This document shows, piece after piece, positions 56,692 through 64,000 of a stretch of 64,000 nucleotides of DNA (position 1 is the first letter of the stretch; the number at the start of each line of letters is the position of its first letter). The notes below the pieces were generated by a model. That model saw nothing but the letters and a program-made list of their open reading frames with translations, ran no database searches and was not told where the DNA came from. Both the position numbers and the translations under genes were made by a program. Source of the DNA: a virus; the IMG/VR virus record IMGVR_UViG_3300018481_000003, positions 1 to 64,000 of that record; one strand, given 5' to 3'.

Positions 56692-57252
56692 ATGATGACA
56701 TCGACGTTGCCGACACGTCTCGGCACGTACAAAGACCTCCAAGAGCACCAGCAACTCGCTGTTGCGGAGTGGTGGCAAAACGTCCGTGATGGTCAGGGCC
56801 AGGTCGGGCTGTGGGTTTACGGCAACCGAGGCGAGGGGGCCAGCTTCATCGGCACTGCCGCCATGCGACGGTTGGTTCGTGACGGTGTCATCGCTGAACC
56901 GGACTGGGAGTACATCAACTCCTTCGACCTGATGGATCAGATTCGCATCTCCTGGTCGGCTGACCAGGTGTCCCGAGGCAACGCCAACGACTACGACTTG
57001 TACACCGAGGCGGCTCGCTTTGAGGATGACGTGAAGAAGTTGTGGAGCATCAAGCTGTTGATGGTTGACGACGTGTATCACAACCAGGATATGGCTTTCT
57101 TCCGCAAGCACATCTTTGACCGGCTGTTCCAGCGGGTCAAGGATGCGTTGCCCACAGTGGTCGCCACGGATATGCCACCATCGGCTCCCCAGGTGGAGAT
57201 GTGGCAGAAGGTCATCGAGTCTTGGTTCGTGACGTGCTATGCAGAACGGTGA
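56692..57252 (+). CDS. DnaC/IstB-like helicase-loader candidate with a degenerate Walker A
   Basis: ORF 56689..57252 with ATG 56692/56695 after GAAAGGA. The segment ..GLWVYGNRGEGASFIGTAAM.. occupies the P-loop position but has no GK[ST]. Walker B-like LLMVDDV. Lies immediately upstream of the DnaB-like helicase. Confidence 0.4.
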   Translation: MMTSTLPTRLGTYKDLQEHQQLAVAEWWQNVRDGQGQVGLWVYGNRGEGASFIGTAAMRRLVRDGVIAEPDWEYINSFDLMDQIRISWSADQVSRGNANDYDLYTEAARFEDDVKKLWSIKLLMVDDVYHNQDMAFFRKHIFDRLFQRVKDALPTVVATDMPPSAPQVEMWQKVIESWFVTCYAER

Positions 57253-57661
57253 TCTGGCGACGCACTTCCGAGAGGAACTTATTGTCATACTAGAGGGGGT
57301 CCTCTGTCAGGTCACCGTTAACGAGGAACCCAAGCGTAGGTTCCGGCGCCAGCAGCCAGCTACGTATCACATCAACTGGCATGAGCTACCCCTCAAACGG
57401 ATGGTCACGATCAAGGAGCGCTGGCCGGACTACGAGTTGAACGTCGTCACGTTCATCAGCCCCCGGCTGGCCGACGAGGCGGCTGAGTTCCTCGATCTGA
57501 TCGACGCCCCCTACGACTCGATCTCGTACCAGGGTATGGGATCGTTCACCGGCTCTCTTCGCTATCGCCCCCATGTTCGGGCGGTCTATGATTGCGATCC
57601 CCAGCGCCTCGACAACTACGGCCAACTGGGTAGAGCAGTCGTACGAGGGGAGGATTTTTAA
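57239..57661 (+). CDS. hypothetical protein (140 aa)
   Basis: ORF 57239..57661 with a 14-nt overlap with the upstream gene. Confidence 0.6.
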   Translation: MQNGDLATHFREELIVILEGVLCQVTVNEEPKRRFRRQQPATYHINWHELPLKRMVTIKERWPDYELNVVTFISPRLADEAAEFLDLIDAPYDSISYQGMGSFTGSLRYRPHVRAVYDCDPQRLDNYGQLGRAVVRGEDF

Positions 57662-58981
57662 GTGGCGGACTGGGCACATGCCTTCCTCTCCAAGGTGGTT
57701 CTGGAAGAGGACATGGCGGCGGCGGTCAACGCCCGCATCACCCCGGAGTTCTTCCGTAACGACGACTACGCCCTGGTCTGGCAGTTCATGCTCGACCACT
57801 TCAACGAGCACGGCACGGCGCCAGACGAGCAGGTCGTCGCCCAGGCCTTCCCAGCAGTCCACTGGAAGCCGCAGAAGCAGGCCCTGAGCTACCTCATCGA
57901 CCGGATGCAGCAGGACCGCAAGTACGTGATCTTGACCCAGGTGCTGTCCGAGGCTGTCACCTACGTCGATCAGGAGAAGCCCGACGACATCGCCAACCTG
58001 ATGCAGGAAGGCCTGATCCAGGCCAGGTTGGAAACATCCAAGTCTCTCGATGAGAACGTCATCTCATCCCGCAGGCCGGTCGAGGAACTGCTCGTTGACC
58101 GGATGGACGACCCAGGGATGCTGCGTGGTATCTCAACTGGCTTCCATGGCATCGACTACGTGACCGGTGGTCTGCAACCCGAGCAGTTCATCGTCCTGCT
58201 TGGTACACCGAAGTCGTTCAAGTCGGCCACTCTTCTGGCGATGGCTCAACGGGTTCACAAGCAAGCCAAGGTTCCACTGTTCATTGGTTTCGAGATGTCC
58301 AACATCGAACAGCGTGACCGCTGGGTTTCACTGATCTCTGGTGTCAGTCTGACCAAGATCATGAATGGCACGTTGTCTGGCAAGGAGTTCCAAGCTGTCC
58401 AGAAGGCGCTGCGTCAGCAGGAAGCGGAACGTTCCTTCATCTTCTCTACTGATATCACATCAGCAACCACCGTATCCGGTCTACAGGCCAAGATACAGCA
58501 GTACCAACCCGATGCAGTCTTCGTGGATGGTGCTTATCTCATGCAGTCGGAGCTACCGAAGGTAGAGCAAGGCTCACCGCAGGCGATGACCAGCATCAGT
58601 CGAGGGATCAAACGCCTCGCCCAGGCGCAGAAGATCCCCATCGTTGTAACAACACAAGCGTCGCTCCCCCGATCTCGCAGTGGTCTCACACTGTCGTCAG
58701 CGATGTACACCCAAGCATGGGGACAGGACTGTGATGTCTTCCTGGGTGTCGAGAGAGTTCAAGAAGAGAAGGCTGAAGGTGAACTGGTCGATGAGATCAA
58801 CTCCGGGCCAGCCATCGTGAAGTTCCGAGTGATCGAATCCCGGTCAGGCCCCCGCCGAGACACGTTGTTGGAGTGGGACTGGTCCAAGGGTTCTGTACAA
58901 GAAATCGACGTGATGGCAGCGCGGCAGCAGTTGACACCTGCGGCACGACGACGCTTTAGCGCACAAGACGACGAAGAGTAG
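57662..58981 (+). CDS. DnaB-family replicative helicase
   Basis: 439 aa. GTG start 7 nt after GGGGAGGA. Contains ..ISTGFHGIDYVTGGLQPEQFIVLLGTPKSFKSATLLAMA.. (P-loop region), ..DAVFVDGAYLM.. (Walker B) and ..IPIVVTTQASL.. The primase gene follows. Confidence 0.75.
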   Translation: MADWAHAFLSKVVLEEDMAAAVNARITPEFFRNDDYALVWQFMLDHFNEHGTAPDEQVVAQAFPAVHWKPQKQALSYLIDRMQQDRKYVILTQVLSEAVTYVDQEKPDDIANLMQEGLIQARLETSKSLDENVISSRRPVEELLVDRMDDPGMLRGISTGFHGIDYVTGGLQPEQFIVLLGTPKSFKSATLLAMAQRVHKQAKVPLFIGFEMSNIEQRDRWVSLISGVSLTKIMNGTLSGKEFQAVQKALRQQEAERSFIFSTDITSATTVSGLQAKIQQYQPDAVFVDGAYLMQSELPKVEQGSPQAMTSISRGIKRLAQAQKIPIVVTTQASLPRSRSGLTLSSAMYTQAWGQDCDVFLGVERVQEEKAEGELVDEINSGPAIVKFRVIESRSGPRRDTLLEWDWSKGSVQEIDVMAARQQLTPAARRRFSAQDDEE

Positions 58982-58983
58982 CA

Positions 58984-59907
58984 ATGAACCTCTACACGAT
59001 CCTTGAAAGTGCAGGGATCGCACCGTTACGGGAGACTCAGCGGGAAATCTATGCCCGCTGTCCGATGCACGTAGCACGCACCGGGCACGAAGACCACAAC
59101 CCGTCATGGTCGATCAACCAGAACACCTACCGCCATCACTGCTTCTCCTGTGGCTACGGAGGGACCACCCTTCAACAGTTGCTTGTGGATGTCACCGGGT
59201 CGGCGCCAGACGATTTGGACAAGGAGCTAGCCAAGCAGTCCTTCCTGCGGAGGATGTCCGAGGTTGGGGAGCAGCCAGAGGAGACTCTGGAACCGATCAT
59301 CCCGATCCTCACCGAGTGGTCGTTACATCACGCCATGTTCGACGTGCCGGAACGGCTGGTCGCCTTCCGACATCTCCAACGTGTGGCGATAGACGCCTAT
59401 GAGGTACGTTGGACAGGTAAGACCAGACAGTGGGTACTCCCTCTCCGATCACCAGAGGGCCTTCTACTCGGCGCCCAGTACCGACAGAAGGGCAACGTCG
59501 TTACGCTCCCTGATGGTGTCTCCAAATCGACAACCCTGTTCGGATTCCTACAGTGCTGCGAAGGTTCTCACTGCACCCTGGTCGAGTCGCCGCTCGACGC
59601 AGTTCGTCTGTTTGGCCTTGGTATCCCGGCCCTATCTTCGCTGGGCGCTTGGGTGGCACCGGAACAGATCAAGTTGCTGGCAAGAACCTTCACCCGAGTC
59701 TTCGTAGCCCTCGACAACGACACGACGGGCAACAAGTCTGCTGAGATAGTGGCTCCCCTGCTCCGCAAGGCAGGGACGACACCGATCCGCTGGAACTACG
59801 ACGGACTGGTGGACGACGAAGGCGATCCCGCCAAGGACGTTGGCGAAGTGGAGTCCGACGAGGCGCTGCTAGCGAGTTGGGGGCGCACGACCAGAATGGG
59901 TCTTTGA
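58984..59907 (+). CDS. DNA primase (CHC2 zinc finger plus Toprim, DnaG-type)
   Basis: Zinc finger CPMHVARTGHEDHNPSWSINQNTYRHHCFSCGYGG. Toprim motifs ..TLVESPLDAVRL.. and ..VALDNDTTGNK.. Confidence 0.85.
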   Translation: MNLYTILESAGIAPLRETQREIYARCPMHVARTGHEDHNPSWSINQNTYRHHCFSCGYGGTTLQQLLVDVTGSAPDDLDKELAKQSFLRRMSEVGEQPEETLEPIIPILTEWSLHHAMFDVPERLVAFRHLQRVAIDAYEVRWTGKTRQWVLPLRSPEGLLLGAQYRQKGNVVTLPDGVSKSTTLFGFLQCCEGSHCTLVESPLDAVRLFGLGIPALSSLGAWVAPEQIKLLARTFTRVFVALDNDTTGNKSAEIVAPLLRKAGTTPIRWNYDGLVDDEGDPAKDVGEVESDEALLASWGRTTRMGL

Positions 59908-59935
59908 CACATGTGTTGAGTACTAGTGTCAGCAC

Positions 59936-60340
59936 ATGGGATATCACCAACGCTGTTCCAAGTGTGGTGTAAAGCTGCACTGCTCCGACTGTGGGGCGCC
60001 CGTCGATGACGGCCTCCAACCAGGCCAGGTGGGCAAGCACCATCGTCTTGTGCCCTTCGACCCACACAAGCGGGGGGCATGGAGTACCCAGCGAGGCCGC
60101 ATCATGCGGGTGATGTACGACGCTCTCCCTGATCTGCTCCTGGCCCGAGAGATATCGGACAAGATCGGCATCAGCCACAACCAAGTCAACACACGACTCG
60201 GTGAGTTACGGACGATGGGCTTGACCTGTTGGCCGGGGTCATGGCGTCACACTGTGACGAACTCTCCAGCCTTTGAGAACCAGTTGACGGATCAAGGTCT
60301 GCGGCTGTTCCGGCGTACGATCCCTCGCCAGTGGAACTAA
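59936..60340 (+). CDS. zinc-ribbon plus winged-helix DNA-binding protein (134 aa)
   Basis: CSKCGVKLHCSDCG at the N-terminus. HTH-like segment ..LLAREISDKIGISHNQVNTRLGELRTMGL.. No SD; TAGTGT ends 7 nt before the ATG, so a leaderless transcript is possible. Confidence 0.6.
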   Translation: MGYHQRCSKCGVKLHCSDCGAPVDDGLQPGQVGKHHRLVPFDPHKRGAWSTQRGRIMRVMYDALPDLLLAREISDKIGISHNQVNTRLGELRTMGLTCWPGSWRHTVTNSPAFENQLTDQGLRLFRRTIPRQWN

Positions 60341-61911
60341 CTCTCCGTCCCTACCAGGTCGAGGCAGTTGACCGCATCGTAGAACGGCGTAGTCTGCTGC
60401 TTGCGCTGACGATGGGGGCGGGTAAGACAGTGGCGGCTGTCTCCGCGGTAAGGCATCTCCGTCGTCAGCGCATCGTGGACAAGGGTGTGATCTTCGCTCT
60501 CAAGTCCACCAAGTGGCAGTGGGTCAGAGAGATCGCCAAGGTCGATCCCCGAGCCAAGGTGCAGGTGGTGGATGGCGACAGAAGATCCAGAACTGCCGCC
60601 ATCCGCCGTGCAGGACGGTACCACTACACGATCATGCACTACGAGTGTTTGGTCAACGACTGGGACATGATCAAGAAGTACCTGCCGATCGACTTCATGA
60701 TTCTGGACGAGGCCACCTACATCAAGAGCTTCCGGGCCAAGCGATCCCGAGCAGCGAAGGCGTTGGGCAAACGTTCAGGCGTTCGTATGGCCCTATCGGG
60801 ACAGCCGGTGGAGAACCGGCCCGAGGAACTCTTCTCGATCATGGAGTTCGTGGACCCCGAAGTACTCGGCAGCTTCCACAAGTTCGACCGCACGTTCATC
60901 GTCCGTGATGGCTACGGCAGGCCCAAGAGGTACCGCAATCTCAACCTGATCCACCAACGTCTCGGCCCAGCGATGTACCGCAAGAGCCGTGAGGACATCG
61001 CTGAGTGGCTGCCAGAGATGATCGAACTGGAGATGCCTGTCGTTCTGGACCCGGCGACGATGGCCCTTCACGATCTGATTCGTCACGACCTCTCTGTCGC
61101 CATCGACAAGGCCCTCGCTGAGGGTGTGCGGGGCGGCTTCGACATCCTCACCCACTACGGACGGACGCCGACCGGCAAGGACGCCTCGCTGATGGGTGAC
61201 GTGATGTCCCGGTTGCTGGCGATGAGGATGCTGTCGAGTCACCCAGCGCTCCTCAACATCTCAGCGAAAGACTTTGATAGCGAGGTATCGAGGCGTGGCA
61301 GCAAGTACGCCAGCGAACTCAACGCCTCGGGTGCCCTCTCAGGTCTGCCCAACACCCATGAGAAGTTGGACCACCTTCTGGAACACGTCGATGAGATACT
61401 GGATGAGGACCCACGCCACAAGGTCGTCGTCTTCTCCTACTTCAAGCCGATGCTGTCGATGATCGCCAGGGAACTGATCGGCAGGATCACCAAGGGGCCA
61501 CTGGGTGCGGGCCTGACGATGATCACCGGGGATGTCTCAGGTATCGAGAGGGACAACCGCATCCAGCGGTTCAACAACAGCCCCGACTGTCGCATCTTCC
61601 TGTCGTCGGATGCCGGGGCCTACGGCATCAACCTCAACCAGGGCAGCCATCTGATCTGCTACGACCTACCGTGGTCAGCCGGTGCTCTCTCACAACGCAT
61701 CTCCCGCATCGACCGCACCGACTCGTCGTTCAAGCAGATCCACATCGGTTACATGTTCGGCCTGAACACCATCGAGGAACGGATGTTCAACATGCTGATC
61801 CAGAAGCGCAAGGTGGCCCGAGCCTTCATCGACGGTGAGTTCGACGGCAAGGGCGGCGGCTCGATCAACCTCGACCTGGAGTCACTGCGCGAGTTCCTCG
61901 ACACGCAGTAA
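60331..61911 (+). CDS. SNF2-family (SF2) helicase / DNA-dependent ATPase
   Basis: 526 aa, GTG start. Motif I LTMGAGKTV, motif II ILDEATYIK, and C-terminal helicase motifs ..FLSSDAGAYGINLNQGSHLICYDLPWSAGALSQRISRIDR.. Confidence 0.9.
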   Translation: MELTLRPYQVEAVDRIVERRSLLLALTMGAGKTVAAVSAVRHLRRQRIVDKGVIFALKSTKWQWVREIAKVDPRAKVQVVDGDRRSRTAAIRRAGRYHYTIMHYECLVNDWDMIKKYLPIDFMILDEATYIKSFRAKRSRAAKALGKRSGVRMALSGQPVENRPEELFSIMEFVDPEVLGSFHKFDRTFIVRDGYGRPKRYRNLNLIHQRLGPAMYRKSREDIAEWLPEMIELEMPVVLDPATMALHDLIRHDLSVAIDKALAEGVRGGFDILTHYGRTPTGKDASLMGDVMSRLLAMRMLSSHPALLNISAKDFDSEVSRRGSKYASELNASGALSGLPNTHEKLDHLLEHVDEILDEDPRHKVVVFSYFKPMLSMIARELIGRITKGPLGAGLTMITGDVSGIERDNRIQRFNNSPDCRIFLSSDAGAYGINLNQGSHLICYDLPWSAGALSQRISRIDRTDSSFKQIHIGYMFGLNTIEERMFNMLIQKRKVARAFIDGEFDGKGGGSINLDLESLREFLDTQ

Positions 61912-61933
61912 GGGCCACCCGAAGGTGGCCCTT
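61908..61933 (+). terminator. intrinsic terminator-like hairpin
   Basis: TAAGGGCCACC-CGAA-GGTGGCCCTTA, an 11-bp perfect stem that includes the SNF2 stop codon. Confidence 0.65.
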
Positions 61934-62051
61934 ACCATTCACCCAGTCACGACCTGGGTGCCCCGTCGCTAGTTCGGGGTGTCGGCACTCTTAGGTGGCG
62001 CTTCGTGAAGGCCACGGCCAGCGGCGTTTGTCACTGTACTACCATCAGGCG

Positions 62052-62531
62052 ATGCCCACATCACGCCGTGTCATACCACGATCCAAGACTGGGGACCTCC
62101 TCTACACCCTGAGGGACTATCTCACCAACCGTTCGCTGCGTGAGCGCTCCGAGTTCCATGAGGGCAACCTCAAGAAGGAACTGATGCAGCACCTGGAGAG
62201 CGAGGGTGTCCCCGAGGGCGAGGGTCATCGGGTCATCGAACTGGACGCTCCCGAAGAGTACTTCGCCGTCAAGAACGGCCAGCCACAGCCGAAGCAGGTC
62301 ACCGGCATCAAGCGTCAGCGCCGTGTCTCCAACACACTCAACGAGGAACGGACGATGGCTTTGTTGAAGCGCAAGGACTTGCTCGATCAATGCACGGAGG
62401 TCGTCGTCGTCCTCAACGAGGACGCCATCCTTGCCGCCAACTACGGCGAGCAGATCACCGACGACGAACTGGCTGCGTTGTACGACGAGAGCGAGACGTT
62501 CGCCTTCTACCTCATCACTGAGGATGCCTGA
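62052..62531 (+). CDS. hypothetical protein (159 aa)
   Basis: In-frame part of ORF 61995..62531 from ATG 62052 (MPTSRRVIPRSKTGDLLYTLRDYL..). No SD. TACCAT (62040-62045) ends 6 nt before the ATG, so a leaderless transcript is possible. Confidence 0.6.
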   Translation: MPTSRRVIPRSKTGDLLYTLRDYLTNRSLRERSEFHEGNLKKELMQHLESEGVPEGEGHRVIELDAPEEYFAVKNGQPQPKQVTGIKRQRRVSNTLNEERTMALLKRKDLLDQCTEVVVVLNEDAILAANYGEQITDDELAALYDESETFAFYLITEDA

Positions 62532-62541
62532 CGCTTGATAG

Positions 62542-62571
62542 TTGCTAGTAGCCAGTAACTGCTGGTACTAT
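62542..62571 (+). promoter_or_regulatory. candidate promoter (TTGCTA - 18 nt - TACTAT) with an imperfect dyad in the spacer
   Basis: -35 at 62542-62547 and -10 at 62566-62571. The spacer contains TAGTAGCCAG..CTGGTACTA. Lies 28 nt upstream of ATG 62600, which has a GAGG SD. Confidence 0.35.
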
Positions 62572-62599
62572 CCCAACCCCATGACACAACGAGGTTCCG

Positions 62600-62929
62600 A
62601 TGACTGAATCTTTCGCTGCTGTCGAGTCAACGTGGCACAACGAGCGACGGATGTACATCCGTTGCCGCACCATCGGCCACTCATGGTTCGACTACGACTC
62701 CACCTGGACCCCACAGTTCGGTGTACCTCTGACGGTGCGCTGCGAACGGTGTGGTACAGAGCGGCGAGATACGGTATCTCAACGTGACGGCAGGCTATTG
62801 GCCCGCCACTACCACAAGCCAGCGGGCTACGACCTGAAACGTGGTGAGCCACGGTTGACGCGGAGTGACTTCCGTCTACTCCTGTTGACCGTCAGGCTCC
62901 AAGACCAAGCGAAGAGGAAAACAGGATGA
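62600..62929 (+). CDS. hypothetical protein (109 aa) with Cys/His residues
   Basis: ORF 62600..62929 with SD GAGG. Confidence 0.65.
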   Translation: MTESFAAVESTWHNERRMYIRCRTIGHSWFDYDSTWTPQFGVPLTVRCERCGTERRDTVSQRDGRLLARHYHKPAGYDLKRGEPRLTRSDFRLLLLTVRLQDQAKRKTG

Positions 62930-63387
62930 GCGAGACAGATACCGCATCAGATACGTGGCCGACGATCATGCCGCCCTTTGAGAAGGCGGCGGTCGAGAAT
63001 GAGCAGCCTCCCGTCGATGAAGAGCAGGCGGCGGTTACGGAGAAGCGCAAGTACACCAAGCGCGCTCCAAACAACCGCAAGGACTGTGAGGTCTGCGGCA
63101 AGAACTACTCGATCAAGCATCTCTACGCCCACAAGCGCAAGGTCCACGGCATCTTCGGCGGGCGTACTGGTGTCACACGTGCGCCGTACAACAGGAAGAA
63201 GGAGACGCTAGAGATCGCTTCGGTGCCCAAGGTCAACGGAGCACCACTGGCTCCACTGACTGCCGAGCAGGTCACTCGGGCTGCTGCCGAGGCGCTGTGG
63301 CCTGATGGCGTCCCGCATGACATGCTGACGCCTCTGATGCGTTGGAATATCCAGACCCACTACTTCCTGGCCGAGGTTCAACAGTGA
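62926..63387 (+). CDS. C2H2-like zinc-finger protein (153 aa)
   Basis: ATGA overlap. Finger sequence ..RKDCEVCGKNYSIKHLYAHKRKVHG.. Confidence 0.65.
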   Translation: MSETDTASDTWPTIMPPFEKAAVENEQPPVDEEQAAVTEKRKYTKRAPNNRKDCEVCGKNYSIKHLYAHKRKVHGIFGGRTGVTRAPYNRKKETLEIASVPKVNGAPLAPLTAEQVTRAAAEALWPDGVPHDMLTPLMRWNIQTHYFLAEVQQ

Positions 63388-63845
63388 GCAACTCAGCGAT
63401 AGACGAAAAGTTCAGTGACTTGGAGTATCCACACCCCGGTCGGCGCAAGCCAGTGAACCGGGACGTGGTTACTACCAAGTCGTCAGACCCAGTCGAGTGG
63501 GACCATCGCCCCGCCTACTACAAGATCAACGGCGAGCGCCGGGAGTTCTTCCTCATCTCCCACCTGGCCAAGGCTCTCGGCTACAGCGTGCAGTCGATTC
63601 GTGCTTGGGAGGCCCAGGGTCTGCTGGCTCGTACGCCGTACCGATCTCCGCGCACCAAGACACCTGTCGCCGGGGGCCGCTCCAACAAGGGCAAGAGACT
63701 CTGGACACGGCAGCAGGTGGAAGGTATTGTGCGGATTGCGAGGAAGCACCGGGTGATCTTTCCCAACCGCAAGGGCGTGAAGCATCCCCCGACGCCAGCC
63801 TTCGCAGCCGAGGTTGGTGAGTTTTTCGCCAGCCTCACCCAATAA
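63384..63845 (+). CDS. MerR-like HTH DNA-binding protein
   Basis: In-frame part of ORF 63342..63845. GTG 63384 overlaps the upstream stop (GTGA). Sequence ..FFLISHLAKALGYSVQSIRAWEAQGLLARTPY.. Confidence 0.6.
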   Translation: MSNSAIDEKFSDLEYPHPGRRKPVNRDVVTTKSSDPVEWDHRPAYYKINGERREFFLISHLAKALGYSVQSIRAWEAQGLLARTPYRSPRTKTPVAGGRSNKGKRLWTRQQVEGIVRIARKHRVIFPNRKGVKHPPTPAFAAEVGEFFASLTQ

Positions 63846-63884
63846 CACACTGCACACTGCACACAACACACTGCGAGGTACACC

Positions 63885-64000
63885 ATGCCCCCGTCGAAGA
63901 AGCCTGCCCGTCGTCTGCCGCCCAAGGACATCGATGATGTCGAGGAAGTCGAGGACGATGAGGAAGACGAAGACGAAGAGGACGAGCGCCCTGCCCGTAG
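63885..64000 (+). CDS. N-terminal part of a gene running off the window (basic N-terminus, then a poly-acidic stretch)
   Basis: ATG 63885 lies 6 nt after GAGG. The sequence MPPSKKPARRLPPKDIDDVEEVEDDEEDEDEEDERPAR.. stays open to the window end. Confidence 0.5.
   Translation, partial: MPPSKKPARRLPPKDIDDVEEVEDDEEDEDEEDERPAR

Noticed and set aside
57239-57661. A HAD-phosphatase or 5'-nucleotidase-like assignment for the 140-aa protein (IVILEGVL resembling the hhhDxDGxL motif I).
   Set aside because: Both catalytic Asp positions are replaced (L and E). The remaining motif matches are too short to judge by eye, so I left it as hypothetical.
59904-59929. TTGACA (59904-59909) plus TAGTGT (59924-59929) as a full promoter for the 59936 gene.
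   Set aside because: The spacer is only 14 nt. I kept only the -10-like TAGTGT as a weak leaderless-start hint.
63384-63845. A lysogeny module (repressor/integrase), based on the MerR-like and other HTH proteins.
   Set aside because: The window has no integrase, recombinase, excisionase signature, divergent repressor/Cro arrangement or att-like repeat. HTH proteins alone are common in lytic-phage early regions.
63846-63884. Short direct repeats (ACACTGC x3) before the last gene.
   Set aside because: The repeats are very short and the sequence is low-complexity. Nothing distinguishes them from chance or a simple spacer, and I did not see them recurring elsewhere.

Overview
The whole 64-kb window is one stretch of a contractile-tailed (myovirus-type) dsDNA phage genome. 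The host looks moderately high-GC and actinobacterial in its signals: GGAGG Shine-Dalgarno sites, frequent GTG/TTG starts, ATGA/GTGA/TGATG stop-start overlaps, GC-rich hairpin terminators and possible leaderless genes. Every gene I can support is on the + strand (about 85 CDS and 2 tRNAs).

Gene order:
- 0-2.05 kb: small unknown genes and tRNA-Val(CAC).
- 2.2-3.7 kb: large terminase.
- 3.8-9.3 kb: an unusual block of hydrophilic proteins and a chain of translationally coupled micro-genes.
- 9.3-14.3 kb: portal, coiled-coil scaffold, HK97-fold major capsid protein, and a PKD-domain decoration-like protein.
- 14.7-24.3 kb: a 9.6-kb block of fibre/lectin-like proteins sitting between the head and neck genes.
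- 24.3-31.2 kb: neck/connector candidates and more fibre-like proteins.
- 31.3-48.5 kb: sheath, tube, chaperone with an apparent +1 frameshift extension, tape measure with two muralytic domains, NlpC/P60 protein, LysM-like protein, gpD-like hub, gp25/W-like, J-like and I-like baseplate proteins, and a LamG fibre.
- 48.6-49.7 kb: a holin-like membrane protein and an acidic DNA-binding-type protein, closing the late operon at a strong terminator.
- 49.8-64 kb: an early/replication module with an SF3-like protein, a wHTH protein, DnaC-like, DnaB-like, DnaG-type primase, an SNF2 helicase, zinc-finger and HTH proteins, and tRNA-Thr(UGU).

I saw no integrase, repressor pair, transposase, reverse transcriptase, CRISPR array or recognisable endolysin.

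The observations I rate highest:
- A 118-nt element built from four ATGCGGGGGG decamers, next to an AT-hook-tailed initiator-like gene.
- A repeated SD-in-hairpin cassette (GATACGGAGGTATC).
- A +1 frameshift site for the tail chaperone.
- A 791-aa protein with about 20 tandem 21-aa repeats inside a head-proximal fibre module.
- A capsid-protein peptide copied into an unrelated small protein.

All functional calls rest on motif and architecture recognition by eye. No database search or folding program was run, and gene starts are often uncertain by a few codons.
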